A DNA stretch of 32,000 nt from Candidatus Saccharimonadota bacterium (GCA_016700135.1 CP065004.1:1140001-1172000); one strand, 5' to 3'; shown: positions 16,235 to 25,985, counted from the first letter of the stretch. The notes: a model not told the origin generated them from the letters alone. Made by a program: numbers and translations.

Positions 16235-19200
16235 TTAAGCATTTCTCAGAGCCTGAGCCCGCTGGTCAAGGTTTATTGCCTTCTCTACAATAATACTATA
16301 ATCTCCTTCTCTCTCACTGATCTTACCCTTCAGAAGGATAACTGAGTTAGGTATACATGCTGACCGGATTTTTGCATATGTTTTAGGGAATACGATAGCT
16401 TCGATACCGGCTGAGTTGTCATTCAAGAGGAGAAACGCCATATCATCGTTGTTCTTTTTAGTTTTTACGACTTTCACACTGGAAATACTCGCAGCAAAGA
16501 TAAACGGTTTATCAATATCGGTTTCTTCGATATCAATAAACTTTTTGGTCACCTTTTGCAGGATGATATCTTTATGTTTATCCATCGGGTCACGTGTGAT
16601 CAAAAATCCGATCACCTCTTTCTCAAATTCAATAAGCTTTTCCTCGGGGAATTCCGGAATCGGTTTAAAATTATCCATTTTATAGCGTTCCTTATCGTGT
16701 TGCCCGAAAAGTCCGAACTGTCCCTGTTCCTGATTTTCTTTGTATTTTGATATTTCTTTTGCTGCATCAGGATAATACATCATAAGAGTCGCTTTGTTCC
16801 CGAATGCGGCAAACGCATTGGCTTTTATCAGACTTTCAATCGTCTTCTTGTTTGCTTTTCGGAGATCAACTCTCGCAAGAAAGTCTCTGAAGCTGATAAA
16901 CGAGCCGTCCTTTTCCCGCGCTTCAATAATTGACTCGATTGCAGCCGAACCGACGTTTTTAATAGCAGATAAACCAAATCGGATAGAATTCCCTTCAATT
17001 GAAAACTTCAAAAATGATTTATTAATGTCAGGAGGAAGTACTTCAATCTTCATACGTTTTGCTTCTTCGAGAGCCTGTGCCATTTTCTGCTCACGCATAG
17101 GTCCGGCAACACCCTGCAACTCAGCAGTCATCAGAGCGGTCATAAATTCGACGGGATAATTGGCTTTCATATAAGCTGTCCAGTATGCTATAAGTGCATA
17201 AGAGGCGGCGTGAGCTTTGTTGAATCCGTATGCCGCAAATTTTTCCATAAAGCTGAAGATTTCAGCAGCCACTTTCTTGTTATAACCGTATTCCACGGCA
17301 CGCTCGAGAAATTTCTTTTTTCCCGCTTCCATGAGTTTTTTCTTCTTCTTACCCATGGCCATACGGAGAATATCGGCCTCACTCTTGCTGAATTTGGCAA
17401 GGTGAACAGCGATTTCGGTTACCTGCTCCTGGTACACAAGAATTCCGTATGTTTCTTCGAGAATCGGTTTAAGATCGGGGTGAAGGTACTTTACCCGCTT
17501 CGGGTTTTTCTTTCCGGCAATGAATGTCGGAATAAGCTCCATAGGCCCCGGGCGATACAGCGCGACCATAGCGGTGATATCACTCAACTTTGACGGTTGT
17601 ATCTCACGGGCAAGCCGTCTCATTCCCGCAGATTCAAGCTGAAATACACCGATTGTCTCACCGCGCCCCATAAGATCATAGGTTTTCTGATCATCTAGCG
17701 GCACCTCATGGATATCAATATCTTTGCCCTTAAACTGTCGTACAAAGCCCAAAGCTTCCTCCAATGTTGACAGATTGCGAAGTCCGAGAATATCAGCCTT
17801 GACCAGTCCGACTGCTTTGTTCTCGGATACAGCATTCAGATCGATACTGTACATATCGTACTGTGTGATAATACGGTCTTCTTTGTTATCGCGCTGGAGC
17901 GGCACATATTCCGTCAGCGGTTTGTCCGAAATGACAACCGCAGCCGCGTGTACTGAAAAATGTCTGGGAAGGCTTTCGACTTTTCGAGCAATATCTATCA
18001 CTTTTTTGACATCTTCTTCTGCATTGTAGGCCAGTTTCAGATTGGCTGACTCTTCCATTGCCCCGTCTATGGACATCTTAAATCCCTGTTTTCCCTGGGG
18101 GATCATTTTTGATATACGGTCTCCCTGTGCATAAGAATACCCGAGAGCGCGTGCAACATCACGAATTGCCATTTTTGATTCGAGCGTTCCGAAGGTAATA
18201 ACCTGTGCGACATTTTTCTTGCCGTATCGTTTTGAAATAAAACGTATTACTTCATCTCGTCTTTTATCGGAAAAATCGACGTCAATATCAGGAGGAGTCG
18301 GACGTTCAGGATTCAGGAATCGTTCAAACGGCAGATTGTATTCAAGCGGGTTGATATCCGTAATACGGAGCACATACGATACAAGTGATCCCGCTGCGGA
18401 TCCTCTTCCCGGACCTACCGCAATCCCGGTATCCTTTGCCCAGGTCACAACATCCTGTACAAAAAGGAAGTACGGAGCATATCCTTTTCTGTTTATGATA
18501 TCAAGCTCATAATCGAGACGCTCGCATACCAGTTTATCATCGAAGCCCTTAATTCTGCCCTTCTTTTCATAGGTCATTTTCCTTAGGTATTCTTCGTTTG
18601 TATACCCCTCAGGCAGATCATATTTCGGCAAAATCAATTTCCCGTGCGGGATTTCCAGATCACATTTTTCCGCGATTTTCAGTGTATTTTCAATTGCTTC
18701 AGGATAATCATGGAAGATGGTCTTCATCTCTTCAGGCGTTTTGAAGTAATAGTCCGGCACATCTATCATCGACATCGGTCGGTTCTTTTCAAAAATCGCT
18801 CGCTGTGTCTGAATACAGAGTAAAATTTCCTGAGCATAGGCATCTTCTTTATCAAGATAATGTACATCGTTCGTGGCAACAAGAGGGATTCCGTGAGTTC
18901 TGGAGAACTTCACCAGGACTTCATTTACTTTGTCGAGTTCAGGCAAGTTTGGATGTCTCTGAAGTTCAATATAAAAATCTTCCCCGAAAATACTATGATA
19001 TCGCTTGAGAATCTCTTCTGCCTTCTGGATCTGATCCTGCATGATAAGCTGCGGAACTTCTCCTGCAAGACAACTCGTTGTGGCAATAAGTCCCTCATGG
19101 TATTCTTCGAGAAGCTCCCAATCGACACGCGGTTTGTAATAAAAACCTTCCAGGTTTGATAAAGTGACAAGCTGCAACAGGTTTTTATAACCCTGAAGAT

Positions 19201-19480
19201 TTTTACACAGAACAAGAAGATGAAAGTTGTTGCGTTCACCTTTTTCCGGTTTTTCGGTACGTTTTCCGTTTGCTTTGTACAATTCACAACCGATAATCGG
19301 CTTGATACCGGCATCTTTAGCTTTTATAAAAAACTTGAATGCTCCGTATAAAGCACCGTGGTCTGTGAGTGCAAGGGCCGGCATCCCGAGTTCGACTGCG
19401 CGGTCAACTGCTTTATCGATACGGCACATTCCGTCAAGAAGAGAGTATTCGGAATGGACATGTAAATGAACGAATGACAT
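16235..19480 (-). CDS. dnaE: DNA polymerase III alpha subunit
   Basis: PHP domain 'FVHLHVHSEYSLLDG', polymerase core 'PPDIDVDF', and a C-terminal OB-fold region. 1081 aa. Confidence 0.95.
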   Translation of the reverse strand: MSFVHLHVHSEYSLLDGMCRIDKAVDRAVELGMPALALTDHGALYGAFKFFIKAKDAGIKPIIGCELYKANGKRTEKPEKGERNNFHLLVLCKNLQGYKNLLQLVTLSNLEGFYYKPRVDWELLEEYHEGLIATTSCLAGEVPQLIMQDQIQKAEEILKRYHSIFGEDFYIELQRHPNLPELDKVNEVLVKFSRTHGIPLVATNDVHYLDKEDAYAQEILLCIQTQRAIFEKNRPMSMIDVPDYYFKTPEEMKTIFHDYPEAIENTLKIAEKCDLEIPHGKLILPKYDLPEGYTNEEYLRKMTYEKKGRIKGFDDKLVCERLDYELDIINRKGYAPYFLFVQDVVTWAKDTGIAVGPGRGSAAGSLVSYVLRITDINPLEYNLPFERFLNPERPTPPDIDVDFSDKRRDEVIRFISKRYGKKNVAQVITFGTLESKMAIRDVARALGYSYAQGDRISKMIPQGKQGFKMSIDGAMEESANLKLAYNAEEDVKKVIDIARKVESLPRHFSVHAAAVVISDKPLTEYVPLQRDNKEDRIITQYDMYSIDLNAVSENKAVGLVKADILGLRNLSTLEEALGFVRQFKGKDIDIHEVPLDDQKTYDLMGRGETIGVFQLESAGMRRLAREIQPSKLSDITAMVALYRPGPMELIPTFIAGKKNPKRVKYLHPDLKPILEETYGILVYQEQVTEIAVHLAKFSKSEADILRMAMGKKKKKLMEAGKKKFLERAVEYGYNKKVAAEIFSFMEKFAAYGFNKAHAASYALIAYWTAYMKANYPVEFMTALMTAELQGVAGPMREQKMAQALEEAKRMKIEVLPPDINKSFLKFSIEGNSIRFGLSAIKNVGSAAIESIIEAREKDGSFISFRDFLARVDLRKANKKTIESLIKANAFAAFGNKATLMMYYPDAAKEISKYKENQEQGQFGLFGQHDKERYKMDNFKPIPEFPEEKLIEFEKEVIGFLITRDPMDKHKDIILQKVTKKFIDIEETDIDKPFIFAASISSVKVVKTKKNNDDMAFLLLNDNSAGIEAIVFPKTYAKIRSACIPNSVILLKGKISEREGDYSIIVEKAINLDQRAQALRNA

Positions 19481-19486
19481 GTATCT

Positions 19487-19492
19487 ATTATA
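19487..19492 (-). promoter_or_regulatory. -10 box TATAAT, 6 nt upstream of the dnaE ATG (leaderless-type)
   Basis: Plus strand reads attata at 19487-19492. The ATG begins at 19480. Confidence 0.45.
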
Positions 19493-19507
19493 CCTATTGA
19501 ATGAGGT

Positions 19508-20884
19508 TTATGCCTGATCTTGTATCAGCTGTTCCAATCGTTTACGGACATCCATGGCATCGGCCTGTCCGCGCATTTCGCGCATCACGGAACCGACAAG
19601 CGCCATAACGGCATTAGTCTTGCCGCTTTTATAGTCAGTTATTGCTTTAGGATTTTCCTGAATTGCTTTTTCCAGTGCTGAGTGCAGCTGTGATTCATCA
19701 ATCTCAACTTTTGCAAACATTTTTACAAACTTCTGTGCAAACTCTTCATGTGACAAGTTAGTTTGTATACGTTTATTCACAATTACATTCGCTATTGCCT
19801 GTTCAAGGTTTTGTTTTTTTAGATCGAGTTCTTTCTCTTTTGACAACTCTGCAATAAGTTTTTCATAATACTTCGAAAGTGAAGTATCCCGGGTCAAAAT
19901 AAAGGCATCGTCATATTTGAGCTGGTAGTCAGTAAGGTATCTCTTAACCCGTGAAGCCGGAAGTTCAGGAATTGTCTTCTCTACTTTTTCAATAAACTCA
20001 TCGGTAAATTCCATAGGAGGAATATCAGGCTCCGGAAAGTATCGGTAATCCTGTGCTTCTTCTTTTGAGCGTTGTGAATAGGTAATGCCTTTGTCTTCAT
20101 TGTAACCGCGCGTCTCCTGCGCAGGGATTTCTCCTTTATCAAGGATCTCAGCCTGTCTTTTCAATTCATACTCGATGGCTTTTTTTGCGAAATTGAAGGA
20201 ATTGATATTTTTTACTTCGACTTTGTATTTTGGAAGGTTTTTCATCCGCTCTTCTTTATTTTCATAAATACTCAAGGATATATTCGGTTCCATTCTCATG
20301 GATCCTTTTTCCATATCGGCATCGGAGACGTCAAGTGTCCTTATGATGGTATGAAGCTCTTCCAGGAATACTTTCACATCGTCTGCATTTTCAAAATCAG
20401 GCTCGGTCACAATTTCGACTAACGGTACGCTGGATCTGTTGAAGTCGACGAGTGTATCTTCTCCGGCGTGTGTAAGTTTGCCCGTGTCTTCTTCAAGATG
20501 GACTCGTGTGATGTTGAAACGTTTTTCCGTAAGGGTGTTGTCTTTTCCTTTGAGAGTAATATCAAGATGACCTTTTACTGCAATAGGTTCATCATACTGA
20601 CTGATCTGATAACCTTTCGGAAGGTCGGGATAATAGTAATGCTTTCTATCAAATTTCGTACGTTTATTGATACTACAGTTTAAAGCTTTCCCGATTTTGA
20701 CAGTCCATTCTACGGCTTGTTTGTTCGGCACGGGAAGCGCTCCGGGCATACCGAGACATACCGGGCAGGTATTGGAATTTGGTTCTTTTCCGAAATAATT
20801 TGCCGAACACTGACAGAACATTTTTGATTTCGTTTTCAGCTCGACATGAATCTCCATGCCGATGACAGGAAAATACTTATTCAT
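19508..20884 (-). CDS. gatB: Asp/Glu-tRNA(Asn/Gln) amidotransferase subunit B. Start moved to ATG 20884.
   Basis: 'MNKYFPVIGMEIHVELKTKSKMFC...CPVCLGMPGALPVPN' is the canonical GatB N-terminus. The 62-aa ORF-track extension overlaps gatA and is not GatB-like. ATGAATAA overlaps the gatA stop. Confidence 0.9.
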   Translation of the reverse strand: MNKYFPVIGMEIHVELKTKSKMFCQCSANYFGKEPNSNTCPVCLGMPGALPVPNKQAVEWTVKIGKALNCSINKRTKFDRKHYYYPDLPKGYQISQYDEPIAVKGHLDITLKGKDNTLTEKRFNITRVHLEEDTGKLTHAGEDTLVDFNRSSVPLVEIVTEPDFENADDVKVFLEELHTIIRTLDVSDADMEKGSMRMEPNISLSIYENKEERMKNLPKYKVEVKNINSFNFAKKAIEYELKRQAEILDKGEIPAQETRGYNEDKGITYSQRSKEEAQDYRYFPEPDIPPMEFTDEFIEKVEKTIPELPASRVKRYLTDYQLKYDDAFILTRDTSLSKYYEKLIAELSKEKELDLKKQNLEQAIANVIVNKRIQTNLSHEEFAQKFVKMFAKVEIDESQLHSALEKAIQENPKAITDYKSGKTNAVMALVGSVMREMRGQADAMDVRKRLEQLIQDQA

Positions 20885-22259
20885 ATTTCTTTCTCCCTTC
20901 TGCGAGTACATTGAAGAAGTCGGTCTCTTTCTCGAACTGATAAGCGGCATTGAGTATTGTACCTTCATCAAAATAATTCCCCATAAACTGCAAACCGACA
21001 GGCAACCCCTTCGAATCCAGTCCGCACGGCACACTGATCGCAGGAGTTCCTGCGACGGCAGCCGCTTCATTCAATACATCCATTGTTTCTCCGAAGAAAG
21101 GATACTTTTCAAACTCACCCAATTTAAGAGCAGTCATCGGAGTCGGAGCAGCCACGATCAGATCGACATCATTGAATACCCGCTTGAGATCCTCAATAAT
21201 AAGTGTTTTTATTTTCTGAGCTTTTTTGTAAAAAGCATCGTAATAGCCGTGTGAAAGTGTGTATGTCCCCAACATCATCCGGCGTTTTGCTTCACGTCCG
21301 AAAGCATCGCGACCGTTGCCGTATCTGATACCGTCATACCTAGCCAAATTTGATGAAACTTCAGCTCTCTGAAGTATTGTATATACGGAAATTGAGTATT
21401 TCGGGTCAAGAAGAGAAACTCTTTTCACTTTGTGACCCAGTTTTTCAAGCACTTTCAACGATTCCTCAACTTTTTTCTCAACATCTTTATCAAGTCCTTT
21501 CATGTACTCATCAGGGACCCCGAATGTCAGTGTCCGCTTTTCCGTCATCTGTTTCCTGTAATCAGGTACTTCCTCAGTTGCGGATGTCGCATCAAACGGA
21601 TCTTTTCCTGCAATTACCTGTAAAATCATGGCAGCATCTTCAACTGTCTGTGTCATGGGTCCGGGACAGTCAAAAGAAGATCCCATCGCAATCACACCAT
21701 ACCGGGAAACGCGGCCGTATGTCGGCTTCAGTCCGACTATTCCGCACCAGGATGCCGGCTGTCTGATGGAACCGGCCGTCTCGGAACCGATTGCTGCAGG
21801 GGCGAGATATGCCGATACCACAGCAGCAGATCCTCCTGATGAGCCTCCCGGAGCAAGTGTGGTATCCCAGGGGTTTTTGGTCGGTCCGTAATCAGATGTC
21901 TCAGTGGATGAACCGTGTGCCCATGCATCCATATTGGTTTTTCCCGTAAATACAGCTCCCGCTTCTTTCAGACGTTTCGTTACCGTCGATTCATATGGAG
22001 GGATGAAGGTGTCAAGCACCTTGGCGGATGCAGTGGTCCGCACTCCTTCTGTACAGAAATTATCTTTTACTGCTATCGGAAGTCCGGATAAGTCTCCGTC
22101 ATTATGATCCGTAAAATCAATCATGGTGAGATATGCGTTCAAGTCGTCATTGTAGGTATGTGCACGGGATTGAAAGTACGAAAATACTTCCTTTGATGAT
22201 ATCTTTTTTGCAGAAATAAGTTCTTTTAAACCTGTAAGGGATGTTCCGAATATGTCCAT
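20877..22259 (-). CDS. gatA: Glu-tRNA(Gln) amidotransferase subunit A (amidase signature family)
   Basis: 'GGSSGGSAAVV' amidase signature, 460 aa, lies between gatC and gatB. Confidence 0.95.
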   Translation of the reverse strand: MDIFGTSLTGLKELISAKKISSKEVFSYFQSRAHTYNDDLNAYLTMIDFTDHNDGDLSGLPIAVKDNFCTEGVRTTASAKVLDTFIPPYESTVTKRLKEAGAVFTGKTNMDAWAHGSSTETSDYGPTKNPWDTTLAPGGSSGGSAAVVSAYLAPAAIGSETAGSIRQPASWCGIVGLKPTYGRVSRYGVIAMGSSFDCPGPMTQTVEDAAMILQVIAGKDPFDATSATEEVPDYRKQMTEKRTLTFGVPDEYMKGLDKDVEKKVEESLKVLEKLGHKVKRVSLLDPKYSISVYTILQRAEVSSNLARYDGIRYGNGRDAFGREAKRRMMLGTYTLSHGYYDAFYKKAQKIKTLIIEDLKRVFNDVDLIVAAPTPMTALKLGEFEKYPFFGETMDVLNEAAAVAGTPAISVPCGLDSKGLPVGLQFMGNYFDEGTILNAAYQFEKETDFFNVLAEGRKKYE

Positions 22260-22260
22260 A

Positions 22261-22566
22261 TTATTCCATTATTCTTTTAACTACAAACATTGATTTTTTT
22301 GTACTTTTTGCATTTTGGAGCGCTTCCTTTTGAGTGAATTGTCTCGAATTTTTTGTACCGTCTTCGAAATATATATTTGAGAGCCTGGTCGAATGTGAGG
22401 TAGGCTCGACATTCGTAGTATCCAGCTCGTCGAGATTTTCGACATAATTGATCGTCTCCTCAAGCTGTGTCCGGTACATCTCAATGTTTGCATCCTGTAT
22501 TTGAAGATTTGCCAATTTGGCAATATGAAGAACATCCTTTTTCGTAAGATCACCTGTTTTTGACAT
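22261..22566 (-). CDS. gatC: Glu-tRNA(Gln) amidotransferase subunit C
   Basis: 101 aa. 'VLHIAKLANLQI...LEETINYVENLDELDT..VEPTSH' matches GatC. Directly upstream of gatA. Confidence 0.85.
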   Translation of the reverse strand: MSKTGDLTKKDVLHIAKLANLQIQDANIEMYRTQLEETINYVENLDELDTTNVEPTSHSTRLSNIYFEDGTKNSRQFTQKEALQNAKSTKKSMFVVKRIME

Positions 22567-22573
22567 GAAGATT

Positions 22574-22579
22574 ATTATA
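22574..22579 (-). promoter_or_regulatory. -10 box TATAAT, 7 nt upstream of the gatC ATG
   Basis: Plus strand reads attata at 22574-22579. Confidence 0.45.
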
Positions 22580-22623
22580 ACCTATCAAGAAATTTTTGTA
22601 CGTTAAAGAATAGTAAAGACGAC

Positions 22624-22652
22624 TTGATAAATACTATAGGATTTATTATAAT
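22624..22652 (+). promoter_or_regulatory. Consensus promoter TTGATA-17-TATAAT, with the -10 box 6 nt before ATG 22659 (leaderless-type)
   Basis: -35 at 22624-22629, a 17-nt spacer, -10 at 22647-22652. Confidence 0.65.
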
Positions 22653-22658
22653 AGTTTT

Positions 22659-22997
22659 ATGTCAATTGAACAATGCTCCTATAACGGAGGAAAAATGTGT
22701 CAACGTATCGGGCAATGCTACAAAGAAGCTTTGCTGGAAACTCAGGCACAAGAAGGCGGAACTCAAACTTTTGAACCTGGTGATACAAATCCAGGACCCT
22801 ACATGACCCTTTCCCAATGGGAAGGCGTTGTAAATCAAATAACAAACCGTATTGAAGAATGCGGTAACCAGGAAGAAGTCAGACGACAACTCGAACAATG
22901 GGATGCTACCAAACGAGATCCAGAAAACGGATTTCTGCAAGATACCGGTTCGGTTACCCTTCCATCAGGATGGTACGACGGATCTAAAGGCGAGTAA
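22659..22997 (+). CDS. Hypothetical 112-aa protein with an N-terminal Cys cluster (C-x7-C-x5-C), orphan
   Basis: ORF preceded by a near-perfect promoter. No signal peptide and no recognisable family. Confidence 0.5.
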   Translation: MSIEQCSYNGGKMCQRIGQCYKEALLETQAQEGGTQTFEPGDTNPGPYMTLSQWEGVVNQITNRIEECGNQEEVRRQLEQWDATKRDPENGFLQDTGSVTLPSGWYDGSKGE

Positions 22998-22998
22998 A

Positions 22999-23757
22999 TT
23001 ATAAGGTTAGGATGACAAGCGGTGTTTGTTCGCTTCCTTGCCCCATCGGATTATCACGCATAACATCTTCAAAAAAACCATTTGGTTTTCCTGTGGCATT
23101 TCCTAGTGCGTTTCTCCCTAAATCATTCGCATCGATGATTACAGTCCCTTTAAATCTTTTTATCAGGGCTTCATCAGTTAGTTTAGACTTTATCTCATCT
23201 GATATTTTTGTAGCAGCTTTTTGAGGATCTTTCGGTGCAAGTTTCGCTGAGACATTGGAAGGATACAAAGAATATGATGTCGGGCCGTCAATTGCTGCAG
23301 CCTGAGGTCCGGCGATTCTGTAGAAAACTCCTGACAGTCCGAAAGGCTTGGTAAGTACCGATGCAACCGCAGCCAGCAAAATACGCGGTAACCCCACTTC
23401 CCCTATGGCAAGTTCCATAGTCCATGGGCTTCCGAGACCGATTCCGTGAGGGGTTTTTTTGACATACTTTGATAATGTCTTCGCCCACCAAGAAGGCTTG
23501 ATATCTTTTATAAAATACGATCTTCCCTGCGAGATGGCTACGATTTTTTCTGAGACGATCACATACCAATCACAATTGAAGTCTTTTTCCTTCGAAAACG
23601 TATCAACAGCTGTACTAATGAACCTGGCAATCTTTACAGCATAATCATCTCCTTTAGCAAATACCTCCGTTTTTATCGGATATCGGTAATACGACGTTCC
23701 ATTCACGTCAATTACCAGTTGTTTCCCCTTATTAGGTTTGTATAATTCCTGTTTCAT
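22999..23757 (-). CDS. CofE-like (F420-0:gamma-glutamyl ligase family fold) protein
   Basis: 'VIVSEKIVAISQGR', 'AAIDGP', 'GTVIIDANDLGR' and 'MGQGSEQTPLVIL' parallel conserved blocks of CofE/FbiB N-terminal domains, as I recall them. Confidence 0.55.
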   Translation of the reverse strand: MKQELYKPNKGKQLVIDVNGTSYYRYPIKTEVFAKGDDYAVKIARFISTAVDTFSKEKDFNCDWYVIVSEKIVAISQGRSYFIKDIKPSWWAKTLSKYVKKTPHGIGLGSPWTMELAIGEVGLPRILLAAVASVLTKPFGLSGVFYRIAGPQAAAIDGPTSYSLYPSNVSAKLAPKDPQKAATKISDEIKSKLTDEALIKRFKGTVIIDANDLGRNALGNATGKPNGFFEDVMRDNPMGQGSEQTPLVILTL

Positions 23758-23769
23758 GGTCTCAATATA

Positions 23770-24660
23770 TTACATATTTCTCAATATTTGAATACGTTTT
23801 TCAATCGGCGGATGCGTACTGAAAAGATTTGCAACGACCGAGGATATCTGTCCTTTTTTAAAGGGGTTTGCAATAAACAAATGAGATGTTGAGGTTGTAG
23901 CGGACTCTACACCCCGGGGATAACTGCTGATTTTTTCAAGCGCATTGGCAAGACCGTCAGGATATCTGGTCAAAAGGGCGCCGCTTGCATCCGCGAGGTA
24001 TTCACGCTGACGTGATACGGCAAGCTGTATAAGCATTGCAACTATCGGGGTGAGAATTAAAGCCAGAATAAATAAAATATAGAGTGCGGGATGAGTATTT
24101 CGTCTGTCATTGTCACTGCCTCTCCACCACAACGATCTCATTACGATATCTGCAACAAGTGATATTGAGCCAACCAGCACCGATGTAACAGTCATTACCA
24201 GAATATCATAATTCTTGACGTGGGAGAGTTCGTGAGCGATCACACCCTCTATTTCAGACCGTTCAAGATTGTGAAGAAGTCCGGTAGTGGCACAAACAAC
24301 TGCGTGTTTTGGATCACGACCGGTTGCAAATGCATTCGGAGACGGATCATCAATCACATACAGTTTCGGCATCGGTAGACCGGCAGCCATACTGAGATTT
24401 TCCGATACCGTATAAAAATCGAAAAACTCATCCTTTGTGGCGGGTCGGGCTCTTGTCGTAGATAAAACCAGTTTGTCGGAGAAGAAATAGCTGCCCACTG
24501 AAGAGCCGACGGAAATGACCAATCCGAGCAATGCATAGGTCCACGGATCATCATATACTTTTCCGATTATAAAAAAGAACCCCGTAAATATGACGGTAAA
24601 AATAACAAAAATCAGATACGTTTTGAATTTATTTGCCGATATATGTGCGTAGGGTGTCAT
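23770..24660 (-). CDS. htpX: Zinc metalloprotease HtpX (M48 family)
   Basis: 'HELSHV' zinc motif, four TM segments, and the 'FSTHPPIEKRI' C-terminal motif. Confidence 0.9.
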   Translation of the reverse strand: MTPYAHISANKFKTYLIFVIFTVIFTGFFFIIGKVYDDPWTYALLGLVISVGSSVGSYFFSDKLVLSTTRARPATKDEFFDFYTVSENLSMAAGLPMPKLYVIDDPSPNAFATGRDPKHAVVCATTGLLHNLERSEIEGVIAHELSHVKNYDILVMTVTSVLVGSISLVADIVMRSLWWRGSDNDRRNTHPALYILFILALILTPIVAMLIQLAVSRQREYLADASGALLTRYPDGLANALEKISSYPRGVESATTSTSHLFIANPFKKGQISSVVANLFSTHPPIEKRIQILRNM

Positions 24661-24773
24661 AAGATCAGATTTATATAATAATCAGTTTCCCAGAATATCG
24701 TACGTGAGACGACCGTCAAGGCATGACATTCAGTACTCAGAACGTCTGAGAAACTGCACTATTATACAAATTC

Positions 24774-25325
24774 TCAGAAACTGACTTTGACGTTTTCTCT
24801 GTCCGCTTCGCCTGCTTTGAAAAATTCGAATGATTTAAATCCGAATAATCCAGCAACGATATTGGACGGGAACATCTGTATTTTGGCGTTGTAATCAAGG
24901 ACATTGCTGTTGTAAAACTGTCTTGAGTATGCAACTTTGTCTTCAGTATCTTCAAGCTGTCTTTGTAAATCCTGAAAGTTGGTATTTGCCTTCAAATCAG
25001 GATATGCTTCAGCGACTGCAAACAGTGATTTCAAAGCACCTGTAAGCATGTCATTGGCTTCAGCTTTTTCCTGCATTCCCTGAGCATTCATCAAAGCGGA
25101 ACGTGCTTTAGTGACATTTTCAAAAACCTCCTTTTCATGCTTAGCATACCCTTTGACCGTTTCGACAAGGTTCGGGATCAGATCTGCGCGACGCTTCAAC
25201 TGTACATCAATTCCGGATAAGGCCTCCTGTATGCGGGTTTTCAGTACAACAAGACTGTTGTATGTCGCAACAAGATACAGTCCTACAACAAGCAGAACAC
25301 CGCCGCCTATAAGTAATGGATTCAA
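24774..25325 (-). CDS. lemA: LemA family protein. Start moved to TTG 25325.
   Basis: '[43 protein letters not shown]' is the LemA signature. A strong SD lies upstream of the in-frame TTG. Confidence 0.85.
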   Translation of the reverse strand: MNPLLIGGGVLLVVGLYLVATYNSLVVLKTRIQEALSGIDVQLKRRADLIPNLVETVKGYAKHEKEVFENVTKARSALMNAQGMQEKAEANDMLTGALKSLFAVAEAYPDLKANTNFQDLQRQLEDTEDKVAYSRQFYNSNVLDYNAKIQMFPSNIVAGLFGFKSFEFFKAGEADRENVKVSF

Positions 25326-25331
25326 GTAAAT

Positions 25332-25342
25332 ATCACCTCCTT
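25332..25342 (-). promoter_or_regulatory. Strong Shine-Dalgarno AAGGAGGTGAT for lemA
   Basis: Plus strand reads atcacctcctt at 25332-25342. The element ends 6 nt upstream of the TTG (about 10 nt from the GGAGG core). Confidence 0.7.
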
Positions 25343-25391
25343 TCGCATAGATACATTGTAGCATATACGCTTGAAGCAAATATTATTTGTA

Positions 25392-25419
25392 TTGTAATTA
25401 CAGGCTAATTTGATAGAAT
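25392..25419 (+). promoter_or_regulatory. Promoter TTGTAA-16-TGaTAGAAT (extended -10), 7 nt before the LysM gene ATG
   Basis: -35 at 25392-25397, TG at 25411-25412, -10 at 25414-25419. Confidence 0.5.
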
Positions 25420-25426
25420 AAGATGT

Positions 25427-25951
25427 ATGGAACAGGACGCACATGCGACACAAGACTACAAAAAAATGACAGCTGATATTATTCGAGAAAATACAACGGC
25501 ATTTGCTATAGGAGGGTTTCTGTTCCTGATCGCCCTTGCAGCTGTCGGAATCCGATACGGTGAAGGTATAGGGAAAACCCTTTCTCAGCAAGGTATGAGG
25601 TTTTCAAAATTGTTTGCCACTACTGAAACTTCAAACGGGAATCTTGACGAAATTGCAAATTCAGTCAGGGATCAATCCATCAACTATATCTCTCCTGTAC
25701 CCAAGAAATCAATAGAGCAATCGGAAAGCCTGGGAATTGTGGCAGAAGAGAACGGTCAAATCAGCGCGATCAGTTCTGGACAGGTGACATATCAGCGGAA
25801 TAAATACACAATACAAAGAGGAGAAAGTCTGCAGGATATTGCCCGAAAAGTGTACGGAGATCCGAATGCCTGGGTACGTATCGCGCAGGCAAACAACATC
25901 ACCAATCCTGACCACATCGAGGTCGGAATGGAACTCACCATCCCCCGCTAA
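25427..25951 (+). CDS. Membrane-anchored LysM domain protein
   Basis: TM segment 'AFAIGGFLFLIALAAVGI'. The C-terminal 'YTIQRGESLQDIARKVYGDPNAWVRIAQANNITNPDHIEVGMELTIP' is a canonical LysM repeat. Confidence 0.85.
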   Translation: MEQDAHATQDYKKMTADIIRENTTAFAIGGFLFLIALAAVGIRYGEGIGKTLSQQGMRFSKLFATTETSNGNLDEIANSVRDQSINYISPVPKKSIEQSESLGIVAEENGQISAISSGQVTYQRNKYTIQRGESLQDIARKVYGDPNAWVRIAQANNITNPDHIEVGMELTIPR

Positions 25952-25985
25952 TATCTTCTTTCGGATTGTGTATAATATTGAAAAT

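Noticed and set aside
23007-23016. A third copy of the TIR element (ttaggatgac)
   Set aside because: It is a single arm-like 10-mer inside the CofE-like coding sequence (encoding ...LVILTL*), with no partner inverted repeat nearby.
24731-24756. Hairpin cagtactcaga-acg-tctgagaaactg downstream of lemA as an intrinsic terminator
   Set aside because: The stem is interrupted and no U-tract follows in the minus sense. It may still be an RNA structure in the lemA-htpX spacer, but it is not a confident terminator.
24737-24955. 72-aa ORF overlapping the lemA 3' end, plus ORFs 25111..25329 and 25322..25591
   Set aside because: They overlap a well-supported gene or the divergent promoter region, and have no signals or family resemblance.
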